Below are positions 46,058 to 53,517 of a stretch of 64,000 nucleotides of DNA, one piece after another. The notes under the pieces were generated by a model. That model made no database searches. It saw only the letters and a list, made by a program, of their open reading frames with translations, and was not told where the DNA came from. This DNA is from a virus (lineage: Duplodnaviria; Caudoviricetes): positions 1 to 64,000 of IMG/VR virus record IMGVR_UViG_3300005937_000009; one strand, given 5' to 3'. Within the stretch, counting starts at the first letter, position 1, and each line of letters opens with the position of its first letter. The position numbers and the translations under genes were made by a program.

Positions 46058-46699
46058 TTAGGGAGCAATTACGATTCCACCGTAGACGCCCGGTTGAGTT
46101 CGGGGACCGGTCAGGACACCATTTGATTGCCGGTCAAGTTTGCCACCGACGAGAAAGCCGAAGTGTTCACCAGTCATCTTGATCAGGTAGCCGTTGAGTT
46201 GCCAGCCGCGAAACACCTTTGTACCGGTGTCGTTATTCACATCATCAAAGAGGCATTTATACATCAGGCGGGCGTGAGTCTTCATCTTCCCGGTGTCCGT
46301 AGTGTTCAGGTATTCGGCGCCGATGCCAGCGGTAGGATTGACGATCGTAACACTGTTAAAGCGCTGCATATCGGCACCACCGAGGACGACAGCCGACCAG
46401 TGAGCCGAGATTGGGATTGACATGGTACCTTCGGGGTCCGCTTCGAAGGCCGCGCCGCCGCCGTTATCAAAGAAGCGCGGCTGGTTGAAGAGCCCCATAA
46501 ATCCCCCCATCCCGATTTTGACCGGGCCGACGGGGAACACGAATTGACCCATGACCATGCCTCCGGCCTGAGTCTGGGAGCCTCCCGGTGAGCCGTTGCT
46601 AGAGGTCGTGGCGATTTGGGGACCAAGGGCGATGAAGGATTGAGCGCGGGCGCCGATAGTCAAGAGCGCCAGCAAGCAAAGTGCAAAAACTGCTTTCAT
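46058..46699 (-). CDS. Outer-membrane beta-barrel-like protein with a signal peptide
   Basis: MKAVFALCLLALLTIGARA|Q; Gly/aromatic amphipathic strands; GGAG SD at the ATG at 46699. Confidence 0.6.
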   Translation of the reverse strand: MKAVFALCLLALLTIGARAQSFIALGPQIATTSSNGSPGGSQTQAGGMVMGQFVFPVGPVKIGMGGFMGLFNQPRFFDNGGGAAFEADPEGTMSIPISAHWSAVVLGGADMQRFNSVTIVNPTAGIGAEYLNTTDTGKMKTHARLMYKCLFDDVNNDTGTKVFRGWQLNGYLIKMTGEHFGFLVGGKLDRQSNGVLTGPRTQPGVYGGIVIAP

Positions 46700-46754
46700 T
46701 CTGTGAATCTCCGTTGAATTGTTGTGAACCTTCATCACCAGCAAAGCGGGCGGC

Positions 46755-47117
46755 TTATTCGAACTGCCGCTTAATTACGATCTCGTTCTTTATGGTCGCC
46801 GGGGCGCACATCTCTTGGATGGCGCGTTGCCGTTCGGCGGATTCCCGGATTCCGCGAGGACTGTAGACCCTGGCGCGTTCGACGGCAGCCCAGCTTGAGG
46901 GGATTGACGCCATATACACCCTGTTTGAGTTGTATAGTCCCGGATTTCCGTTTTCATCAAAGCGGATATGGTAGCCCTCGGCCAGGCGTGCATTGGTCGA
47001 TTCTGCGCGGCGCACGATCCATTTACGATCTACCCATTCACGCCAGCGATAGGCCGGCATGCGGTGTTTTTTGCCGTCGGGCAGGGTGATCGTAAAGCGG
47101 GTGCCGTGTTTGGCCAT
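46755..47117 (-). CDS. Hypothetical protein
   Basis: 120-aa ORF. Confidence 0.6.
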   Translation of the reverse strand: MAKHGTRFTITLPDGKKHRMPAYRWREWVDRKWIVRRAESTNARLAEGYHIRFDENGNPGLYNSNRVYMASIPSSWAAVERARVYSPRGIRESAERQRAIQEMCAPATIKNEIVIKRQFE

Positions 47118-47325
47118 TGATTGTCAAAACGCAAGCGGCAAACAGGCGAAAGGAACGGATAAAAACCTGTATACCGCTTGCCCGTCATTCCCTCGTGCGT
47201 GGCGAGAGAAGAGAACAGTAGCTATTCAATTCAGAGGTGGGATCGCCTCAGCTACAAGGTGGTCTCCGGTCCCACCCCTGATTGTCGCGCCCTCCCCCCA
47301 CAGGTAAGCGCGACACTCGAAAAAC

Positions 47326-47775
47326 TCATGGTTGCCCGGCCGCAAGGGGGAAGACTTGGGCGATATAGTACGCGGCACCTCCCCATGGCCAGACGGGTAT
47401 CAACTCGATCTTGGCCAGGAACTCTTCGCCGTTGGCTTTCAGAGCTGGCAAGGGGTCACGTTCTCCCATGCTGCGTCGGATTGGATTCTGTCGATAGAGG
47501 TTCAAACCCTGCAAATGAGCCGCATGATAGCGTTCGGCCAACAGCTTATTGATATGGTGCCCCTGGAGTTGCCGGGGTTCGTAGCCAAATAGTTGCTCAA
47601 GGGGAGGGGTCGCGTAGTAGATCAGGAAATCCGGATCGTTGATCAGAACGGCGCAGGAAGCGGCACCGACCAGGCTTTGTAACTCTTCTTCGCGGACGCG
47701 GGCATGGAAAGCGGTGAGAGCCTGCATTTGCAGGTTCTTCAGGGCGTTGATCTCTTCGCGGATTGTATCTGTCAT
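47326..47775 (-). CDS. Stand-alone PAS-domain protein (FixL-like)
   Basis: AVLIND...IYYATPPLEQLFGYEPRQLQGHHINKLLAERYHAAH...RSMG...ALKANGEEFLAKIEL. Confidence 0.85.
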   Translation of the reverse strand: MTDTIREEINALKNLQMQALTAFHARVREEELQSLVGAASCAVLINDPDFLIYYATPPLEQLFGYEPRQLQGHHINKLLAERYHAAHLQGLNLYRQNPIRRSMGERDPLPALKANGEEFLAKIELIPVWPWGGAAYYIAQVFPLAAGQP

Positions 47776-48026
47776 TTGATTTTCAGGACCATTGCGGCCA
47801 GCGTTCCGACCAATGCCAGGAGGTTGAGAACGAAGACCGTGAGCACTTTGATTGCGGCGCTTTCAAGCCGGTCAATCCGTTTAGTGTTATCTTCCTGGCC
47901 CGCTTTAATTCCGTCCAAAATCAATAAGATGCGCGCATTAAAAACCGCTTGTTCAATTTCTTCAGAGTCGTTGACTGGTGTACTGCGTTTAGCCATCGCT
48001 GCTGTTGGAGAGTGCGAGAGTTCCAT
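47772..48026 (-). CDS. Small coiled-coil + C-terminal TM protein (holin/XhlA-like)
   Basis: RIDRLE followed by the hydrophobic VLTVFVLNLLALVGTLAAMVL; ATGA coupling to the PAS gene. Confidence 0.55.
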   Translation of the reverse strand: MELSHSPTAAMAKRSTPVNDSEEIEQAVFNARILLILDGIKAGQEDNTKRIDRLESAAIKVLTVFVLNLLALVGTLAAMVLKIK

Positions 48027-48137
48027 TTAGAACTGGAAGAAAGCGGCATAATGCGCATTGATTAACGGGGTTAGCCGATACTCTAATCTGGTCAGTTGCA
48101 GGCCATCGGCTAACCCACCCTTACTACCACTAGGCGT

Positions 48138-48168
48138 TGATATATCATGGGCGTGCGCACCATGGCAA
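48138..48168 (-). promoter_or_regulatory. Candidate late-operon promoter containing a GTGCGCAC box
   Basis: Minus strand TTGCCA-TG-GTGCGCAC-GCCCATGA-TATATC; the -10 is imperfect. Confidence 0.35.
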
Positions 48169-48205
48169 GGGAATTGGAGAGAAGGGGATAAGGGAAGCGA
48201 GAGGG

Positions 48206-48238
48206 AAAAAGAAGGGGCTAACCGGTAAGGTTAACCCC
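48206..48238 (-). terminator. Terminator ending the small early unit
   Basis: GGGGTTAACC/GGTTAGCCCC stem followed by TTCTTTTT on the minus strand. Confidence 0.7.
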
Positions 48239-48308
48239 GTCACCTATTGCCTTTAGTGTGAAAATGGCTCAAAAAACCACTCAATGTCTTATCTTCAGCG
48301 TGCGCACC

Positions 48309-48569
48309 TTACCACACGTTAGCGCTGGTGGCAACGTCTTTGCCGCCTTTCGCGGCCTCGACCTGGCGCCCGTATGCGCGGCGGAAGTCGTCGGGCCATT
48401 CATCGTCAAGGCCAAGGTCATGATGCTCGATCGTGGCGGTGATGTATTCTTCGGGATCCACGCCATGCCGGATGATAAGGGCGGCCTCGGCGCGGACATC
48501 TTCAACGCAATGCTGCTCAACCAGCGCTACGGCTTCTTTCGCGGTTAAGGTCTGTTGTGTTGTACTCAT
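48309..48569 (-). CDS. Hypothetical acidic protein
   Basis: AAAGGA SD before the ATG at 48569. Confidence 0.65.
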   Translation of the reverse strand: MSTTQQTLTAKEAVALVEQHCVEDVRAEAALIIRHGVDPEEYITATIEHHDLGLDDEWPDDFRRAYGRQVEAAKGGKDVATSANVW

Positions 48570-48571
48570 GT

Positions 48572-48847
48572 TCACTGTCCTTTTTGTTTTTGTTTGGCCC
48601 GGTGCTTCCGGCTGCGTAAAGTGCTGGCCGTAGGTTCCGGGCCGGTTAGTTTTCGACCTGCTCTACTGAGCCGCTTTTGCTCAGCTTCATCAAGTCGGCT
48701 GAACTGCTTACACAAAGCCCGTATATAGGGCTTAAACTCGCTGCTAAGGAGGATTGGCCCTCTGTCGCCACACGTCCATGGTAGTAAGTGATCTTCAATC
48801 ACTTGGCGTGCGGCGGCAAGTTGTTGTTCGAGGTCTGCACGTCGCAT
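48572..48847 (-). CDS. Hypothetical protein
   Basis: 91 aa; basic C-terminus. Confidence 0.55.
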   Translation of the reverse strand: MRRADLEQQLAAARQVIEDHLLPWTCGDRGPILLSSEFKPYIRALCKQFSRLDEAEQKRLSRAGRKLTGPEPTASTLRSRKHRAKQKQKGQ

Positions 48848-48849
48848 AT

Positions 48850-49080
48850 TTACATCAACGTAATGGTGCCATCGATGTTCAAGATAGACGTAAGCTTACG
48901 GCAACCATGGGCATAAGTCGTAAAATCCGCAAAACATCGGCAATCTGAGGGGCAAAGCTTCTTACGCAACGTTCTGACCTGTTTAGCGTTTAGGGTCAGA
49001 TTGCCCTGATCCGTGATTACGCTGAGCGCCGTAGCGCTGGTATTGTGAAAGCCATTAGTGGCGGTGACTCTTTCTCTCAT
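48850..49080 (-). CDS. Hypothetical protein
   Basis: GAGAGGAG SD; CPSDCRC motif. Confidence 0.65.
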   Translation of the reverse strand: MRERVTATNGFHNTSATALSVITDQGNLTLNAKQVRTLRKKLCPSDCRCFADFTTYAHGCRKLTSILNIDGTITLM

Positions 49081-49104
49081 GGTGTCATCTCCTCTCTTAC
49101 AGAC

Positions 49105-49374
49105 TTACAGATACTTTGCAAATGCAGGAAAACGCTCGCCCATTCCGGCCCGCTTCCATTCCTCGCGTGAGTCTTTGCAGGCATCGCAAATGCGCGCACC
49201 TACCAAGAATTGCGGTTCTTTTGAGAGATATTTACCACAACCGGAACAATGGCGACCACAGGTGCAGAACATCTCTTGAAGTGCTTCAAAGGAAAGCGTG
49301 TCAATCTCCCGGCACATCCGGCAAGATACGATCTCTGGCACTTCGTTGCCATCTTTATCTATGAAGGTCTTCAT
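49105..49374 (-). CDS. Cys-rich (Zn-finger) protein
   Basis: ATG at 49374 with GAGAGGA SD; CRMC, CTCGRHCSGC, CDAC. Confidence 0.65.
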   Translation of the reverse strand: MKTFIDKDGNEVPEIVSCRMCREIDTLSFEALQEMFCTCGRHCSGCGKYLSKEPQFLVGARICDACKDSREEWKRAGMGERFPAFAKYL

Positions 49375-49423
49375 GGTGTCATTTCCTCTCTGTGCGAGCG
49401 GGGGAAGCTCGCGGGATATGTGT

Positions 49424-49621
49424 CTAGTCCAAGGAAACACCTATACCTCTCAAAAAGTCCCGGATGGCGTCTTGCTCTCTTATGGTGCCATCGGCTACTA
49501 CTGGTCCATACTCGGCTAGAGCATCATTCTCCTCGTCGGTCAGGATAAAAGTCTCGTTATTGTAAGTAACCGTGTAAGCGGTCACAAAATCACCTTCTCG
49601 GTTTCTGATCCAAATAGCCAT
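49424..49621 (-). CDS. Hypothetical protein
   Basis: ATG at 49621 with AAGGAGG SD. Confidence 0.65.
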   Translation of the reverse strand: MAIWIRNREGDFVTAYTVTYNNETFILTDEENDALAEYGPVVADGTIREQDAIRDFLRGIGVSLD

Positions 49622-49682
49622 CTTCTGTCCTCCTTTTTCGTAGCCCGCCGGGGAGCGCGGGCGGTTAGTCGCCCTAACACTG

Positions 49683-50042
49683 TTAAAATCCTGCACCTTT
49701 CAGCCATGTACCATCATTCACTACCGGGATTACACTAAAAATCAAGCTATCATCAAAGCGCGCAGCAAAGGCTGAATCCTTTTTGCGTAGAAGATCCGCA
49801 ATTGCGTAGACCAAGTTATTGCGGTTCTCAATCACCCACTTGGCGCTTTGTACTTGATCCGCCAGTGTATTGCGCAGTTTCTTCACGAAAGCAATCTGCT
49901 CACCATAGAGTTTCTGACTGATCTCACTTCTCTGATCCTTCGGCGGAATCGGAGCCAGCATCTTATCAATTCGAGCGACCTCAATATTGATTAGGTCTGT
50001 TGCCCATTTGATTTGTGCTTCGCTGCCTTTCGTGACTGCCAT
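49683..50042 (-). CDS. Hypothetical early protein (GSEAQIKWA...SAKWVIENR family)
   Basis: AAGGAG SD; KGSEAQIKWATD and AKWVIENRN motifs recur in phage early proteins. Confidence 0.75.
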   Translation of the reverse strand: MAVTKGSEAQIKWATDLINIEVARIDKMLAPIPPKDQRSEISQKLYGEQIAFVKKLRNTLADQVQSAKWVIENRNNLVYAIADLLRKKDSAFAARFDDSLIFSVIPVVNDGTWLKGAGF

Positions 50043-50096
50043 CTTCGTAATCTCCTTGTTTCGTTGCTGTCATCCGGTGTCCATCACCGTGAGTGC

Positions 50097-50125
50097 ACTA
50101 TACCCCTGTCCCAATCCAATTGCAA
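50097..50125 (-). promoter_or_regulatory. Sigma70-type promoter of the early unit
   Basis: TTGCAA-N17-TATAGT on the minus strand. Confidence 0.75.
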
Positions 50126-50147
50126 CATCTTTTACATTAAAATCACG

Positions 50148-50187
50148 CTACTCTCAATAATTTTTCGCTGATTCGTGTTGAGAGTAG
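50148..50187. promoter_or_regulatory. Inverted repeat upstream of the early promoter (operator-like)
   Basis: CTACTCTCAA...TTGAGAGTAG. Confidence 0.4.
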
Positions 50188-50196
50188 AGAGCGGGC

Positions 50197-50231
50197 AAAA
50201 AAAGACCGGGAAGCGATACGGCCACCCGGTT
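50197..50231 (-). terminator. Terminator of the replication/methylase operon
   Basis: ACCGGG/CCCGGT stem followed by T7 on the minus strand. Confidence 0.75.
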
Positions 50232-50441
50232 CCAAGAGGTTCATTCTTAAGGTAATACATTCAACATTGCTGTTAATGCATCAAGTCAGTCTTGACAGCT
50301 CTGGGTCCGTTACCCAGAGTAAAGAACAAAAGCTTAGGTTAAATACGCTGTGCCCAGCCCTAAGCTTAAGCCGACACCTTCCGGCCCGGTGGCATTGTAC
50401 GCACCGTGCGGGAAAGAGGGAAGGGGAGCGGCGGGGAATTG

Positions 50442-50636
50442 TCAGTATGAAAACGGGCATTCCCAATCACAGTATTCGGTTCCAGCCAGCGCACAGCCGC
50501 CGGTACGATCCTTGCCGCATTCGTTGAAGAGATCATCTAGCGCATCATCGTCGGTGAACTCTTCGCCATCATCGCGCTGCCGGTTGAGGTTCAAGAACTC
50601 TTTCGTTTCGCATATGGCGTCTTTCAATGGCTTCAT
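50442..50636 (-). CDS. Small acidic Cys-cluster protein
   Basis: ECG...GGCALAGTEYCDWECPF; ATGA overlap with the methylase stop. Confidence 0.6.
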   Translation of the reverse strand: MKPLKDAICETKEFLNLNRQRDDGEEFTDDDALDDLFNECGKDRTGGCALAGTEYCDWECPFSY

Positions 50637-51883
50637 TGCTCCTCCAGTTCATTGATCATCATGGCAATCATTTGCGGGATCTGGGGGAGACAGGCGTTCC
50701 CGATCGCCGTGAGGGCACATCGACGCCATCTAGCCAATCTTCGGGAAGACCCATTAGCTGTAGGGTCCAGCGGGGCGAAAGTGATGCGCGGGACTTCCCA
50801 TGCATATTGCTGCTCTCCGGGTCGAGCTGGCCAACCTGTTCCGATAATGGCCGCGAGTTGCGTTCTAGCGTCTCCTGTGAAGCGTGGATGCTGCGATAGT
50901 CCCGAGACGTTGGCGTCGCCCAAGACGCCAACGTCTCGGCCTCGATCTCTTTCACTTGATGCACAAGCTGTATTTGCCCCTCGCCTTTGCGCGTCCCGCC
51001 TTTCGCATCGACATCGACAGTGTTGGGAGTTCTCCAGTTCTCTAACTCCATCACTTCGCCCGCTAAGCATCTGCCGTGTCCGTTGCCGTGCGAGGGCGGC
51101 CGTTTGGTGGTGCGGTTCTCGTTGGCCGACGCACGGGGCGTCGGCCACAGCTTCGTGACCGCATAATTCAAATCTACCTGCCGCTTCTTCCCGTCTTCCG
51201 TTTGCCCGGTCGCGTTCATCGGCTTCGCTGGCTTCCGGCCTCCATTCGGACAACATGGCGTTGGCCTGGCCAACGCCATCACTTTGGTACTCAAGCCATC
51301 GCCGCTGGTCGCTGAGCATCCCTTGCGGTTGTGGTTGCCATTCACTGTAGGAGTCGGCCTGGCCGACTCCTCGCCGGTCGCATCGTCGGGCAATAAACCA
51401 GACTCGCTCTCTCTTGTGTGGCGCACCGATATCTTCAGCAGCGATGCAGACGGCCCAAACCTCGTAACCGAGAGACTGAAACTGTGCCGCAAGCCAAGTG
51501 CGGAACCCAATACCGTCAACTTCGAGTGTAAGGATTCCGCAAGGGTTCTCCGCCAGCACCCACACGGGATCAACCTCACGCACCAAGCGCAGATACTCAG
51601 GCCATAGCCATCGATCGTCCTTGCATCCTCTGCGGTCTCCCGCGACACTGGCCGACTGGCAGGGAGGTCCGCCGATAATGGCATCAATTCGCCCGCATTC
51701 TCTTCGAATAGATTCCCCTGAAACATTTTTGACATCCTTCCATTTCGGCACCAATGGCCAATGCTTATACAGCACGTTTTGACAGAACTCGTCAATCTCG
51801 ATCTGGCCTACGATATCCCATCCGGCGTTTTCAACCCCGTAGTCGAACGCTCCCAGTCCCGAGAAGATCGATAGAGTATTCAC
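50633..51883 (-). CDS. DNA (cytosine-5) methyltransferase, alpha polypeptide
   Basis: LSIFSGLG (I), GGPPCQ (IV), AENPCGI (VI), PHKRERVWFIA (VIII), TAIGNAC (X); GTG start at 51883. Confidence 0.92.
   Translation of the reverse strand: MNTLSIFSGLGAFDYGVENAGWDIVGQIEIDEFCQNVLYKHWPLVPKWKDVKNVSGESIRRECGRIDAIIGGPPCQSASVAGDRRGCKDDRWLWPEYLRLVREVDPVWVLAENPCGILTLEVDGIGFRTWLAAQFQSLGYEVWAVCIAAEDIGAPHKRERVWFIARRCDRRGVGQADSYSEWQPQPQGMLSDQRRWLEYQSDGVGQANAMLSEWRPEASEADERDRANGRREEAAGRFELCGHEAVADAPCVGQREPHHQTAALARQRTRQMLSGRSDGVRELENSQHCRCRCERRDAQRRGANTACASSERDRGRDVGVLGDANVSGLSQHPRFTGDARTQLAAIIGTGWPARPGEQQYAWEVPRITFAPLDPTANGSSRRLARWRRCALTAIGNACLPQIPQMIAMMINELEEQ
50668..51726 (-). CDS. C5-methyltransferase beta polypeptide encoded in an overlapping frame
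   Basis: Open frame nested in the alpha gene; GGAAGGA SD before the ATG at 51726; repeated (W)PTP/WRTP/WATP units and LSPRWTLQLMGLPEDW (motif IX). Confidence 0.8.
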   Translation of the reverse strand: MFQGNLFEENAGELMPLSADLPASRPVSRETAEDARTIDGYGLSICAWCVRLIPCGCWRRTLAESLHSKLTVLGSALGLRHSFSLSVTRFGPSASLLKISVRHTRESESGLLPDDATGEESARPTPTVNGNHNRKGCSATSGDGLSTKVMALARPTPCCPNGGRKPAKPMNATGQTEDGKKRQVDLNYAVTKLWPTPRASANENRTTKRPPSHGNGHGRCLAGEVMELENWRTPNTVDVDAKGGTRKGEGQIQLVHQVKEIEAETLASWATPTSRDYRSIHASQETLERNSRPLSEQVGQLDPESSNMHGKSRASLSPRWTLQLMGLPEDWLDGVDVPSRRSGTPVSPRSRK

Positions 51884-52050
51884 CTTGCACCTTTGCCTTT
51901 CTCGCATTCCACACAGTACCGATCGTTGGGCGGGTCCGCTCGCTGCAATACGGTCCTACTGGTGAGCGGCCCATGCTTCATCCAGCGTTTGCAGCCTTTG
52001 CACTTCAGCCGAGCGTAGAGACGCGCTAGTTTCGATCCGCCTACGGGCAT
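51880..52050 (-). CDS. Small Zn-finger protein (56 aa; not in the ORF track)
   Basis: MPVGGSKLARLYARLKCKGCKRW...YCVECEKGKGAR; GTGA overlap with the methylase start. Confidence 0.5.
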   Translation of the reverse strand: MPVGGSKLARLYARLKCKGCKRWMKHGPLTSRTVLQRADPPNDRYCVECEKGKGAR

Positions 52051-52667
52051 GCGATCACCTCGCCTTGTTGTGCCAGGAAGCGTAATAAACCGCCGAGTTG
52101 CGCCTTATCGCCTCTCATCCATCCGGTTCCATCGCATGACTCGATACCGTATTGTTTGCACAATCGCAGACCGCGCCAGCCGTTGACCCGACCACAATGG
52201 ACACGCGGAAAACTTTGGGTCCACGTCGGGAGCGTGTTCCACTTCCATGCCGTGGATCCGCCCACAAAAATTACGTCGGCTTCGTTCGGCACGTCCTGCG
52301 GTGTCATACCATCCTGCACAGCGAAGGCAAGAGGGAAGCCATAAGCGTGGACTGTTGGATACCATCTCTCCCATTCTTTCAACGTGTCTGCGCGATTGGC
52401 CACGACATCAGGGACCAACACCCAGAGCGGCTTATAACCGCGAAATCCGGCCTCAGTTGCCCAATCAAGCAATTTGAAATAAGCAGGCTCATTCCACGTC
52501 TCGCCCTTGCTCCATGCGACAAATCGGCCATTATCAAGCGCATAAGGAAGCCATTCATAGGGGCCTCGCTGTCCGCCCGGACTGTACAGATGCCCTAATG
52601 AGTCAGGATACCGGCCCGCTAGATAGTGAATCATCGATGCCGAGTTGTTAGCAGGAAAGATTTTCAT
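52041..52667 (-). CDS. tRNA-guanine-transglycosylase (TGT/DpdA)-like protein
   Basis: ALDNGRF, VPDVV, FAVQDG, IFVGGST, VHCGRVN, ESCDGTG align with TGT-fold motifs (DSGG, D, VQG, GG, H..G, S.D). Confidence 0.65.
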   Translation of the reverse strand: MKIFPANNSASMIHYLAGRYPDSLGHLYSPGGQRGPYEWLPYALDNGRFVAWSKGETWNEPAYFKLLDWATEAGFRGYKPLWVLVPDVVANRADTLKEWERWYPTVHAYGFPLAFAVQDGMTPQDVPNEADVIFVGGSTAWKWNTLPTWTQSFPRVHCGRVNGWRGLRLCKQYGIESCDGTGWMRGDKAQLGGLLRFLAQQGEVIACP

Positions 52668-52983
52668 TGCCCCGTCCCTTCGTCTCTTCCTGAGCCCATC
52701 CATTAGCCTTGTGGAACTTGCAGACTGCAATACATCGGCATTCGCGCCAATGGTCCTGCGGCCGTTCCCTTGGCATGTGCTCGGTCATGATCAGTTCGTA
52801 AGCCTTGCGCCATGCGCCAATCGCGTTGCCTGATCGCCATTGCTTGGGGAGGGGATAGCCGAACAGGATGATTGAGTATTCGCGTTTTTTCTTATCTCCC
52901 CAACGGCTGCGCCCGCTGGTCTTGAAAGAGTGCGCATACGGGTAACGTGCGATCACCTCTCGTTTGTAGTCAATCTTCTCCAT
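52648..52983 (-). CDS. Hypothetical protein
   Basis: 111-aa ORF. Confidence 0.55.
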   Translation of the reverse strand: MEKIDYKREVIARYPYAHSFKTSGRSRWGDKKKREYSIILFGYPLPKQWRSGNAIGAWRKAYELIMTEHMPRERPQDHWRECRCIAVCKFHKANGWAQEETKGRGNENLSC

Positions 52984-52992
52984 CGTTCCACC

Positions 52993-53517
52993 TTACCATT
53001 TCGCGGCCTGTGCCCCGTTGCACTTCGGGCATGGCCTCGCGCCTTTACTCGTTTTCGTTGTTGGGTCCATTACGATTTCGAAGCCGTCAAGGCAATCCGG
53101 ATTGCGGCATCGTTCGCCTTTCTGTCGAGGTTCTACAGGGGCCTGCGCTTCACGCGCCCACTCTTCGCCTTTCTCCTCCCAGACCTGCGAAATCTCAGAA
53201 ACAGCAAGCGGAAAACTGCTCTTGTGCCGTTTAATGGCGACCAGATAACACCGGTCAAGATAGCTCAATGGGATTTCGTGCAACACTTCGCCCCATGCGC
53301 CGATCATGATCAGCATTTCATCGCTGCCAGGGTCAAGTACGTCCTGATTGCACGCGGCGCGGGCTCGCTGAATCAACGAGAATATCCGCTCCTGACGCTC
53401 CTGTTGCGCCCTCTGGGCCTCGGCTTGGTCGATTAAAGCCGAGGCGTTGGAGGGTGAGCGAGGCGTTTCTTTCGTTTCGTTCGGCACGACTTTCAAATCG
53501 GGCTTTAGTTTCTGCAT
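52993..53517 (-). CDS. Putative helicase loader/inhibitor-like protein with a C-terminal Zn-finger
   Basis: Follows the initiator; AWGEVLHEIP...FP...SEI; CRNPDCLDG...RPCPKC; GAGAGGA SD. Confidence 0.5.
   Translation of the reverse strand: MQKLKPDLKVVPNETKETPRSPSNASALIDQAEAQRAQQERQERIFSLIQRARAACNQDVLDPGSDEMLIMIGAWGEVLHEIPLSYLDRCYLVAIKRHKSSFPLAVSEISQVWEEKGEEWAREAQAPVEPRQKGERCRNPDCLDGFEIVMDPTTKTSKGARPCPKCNGAQAAKW

Noticed and set aside
50281-50466. 61-aa ORF after the methylase operon
   Set aside because: No SD, overlaps the previous gene and covers hairpin-rich sequence.
50633-51883. Sequencing frameshift explaining the split methylase
   Set aside because: Both frames are open throughout; motif X returns in the alpha frame after motif IX in the beta frame, and beta has its own SD.
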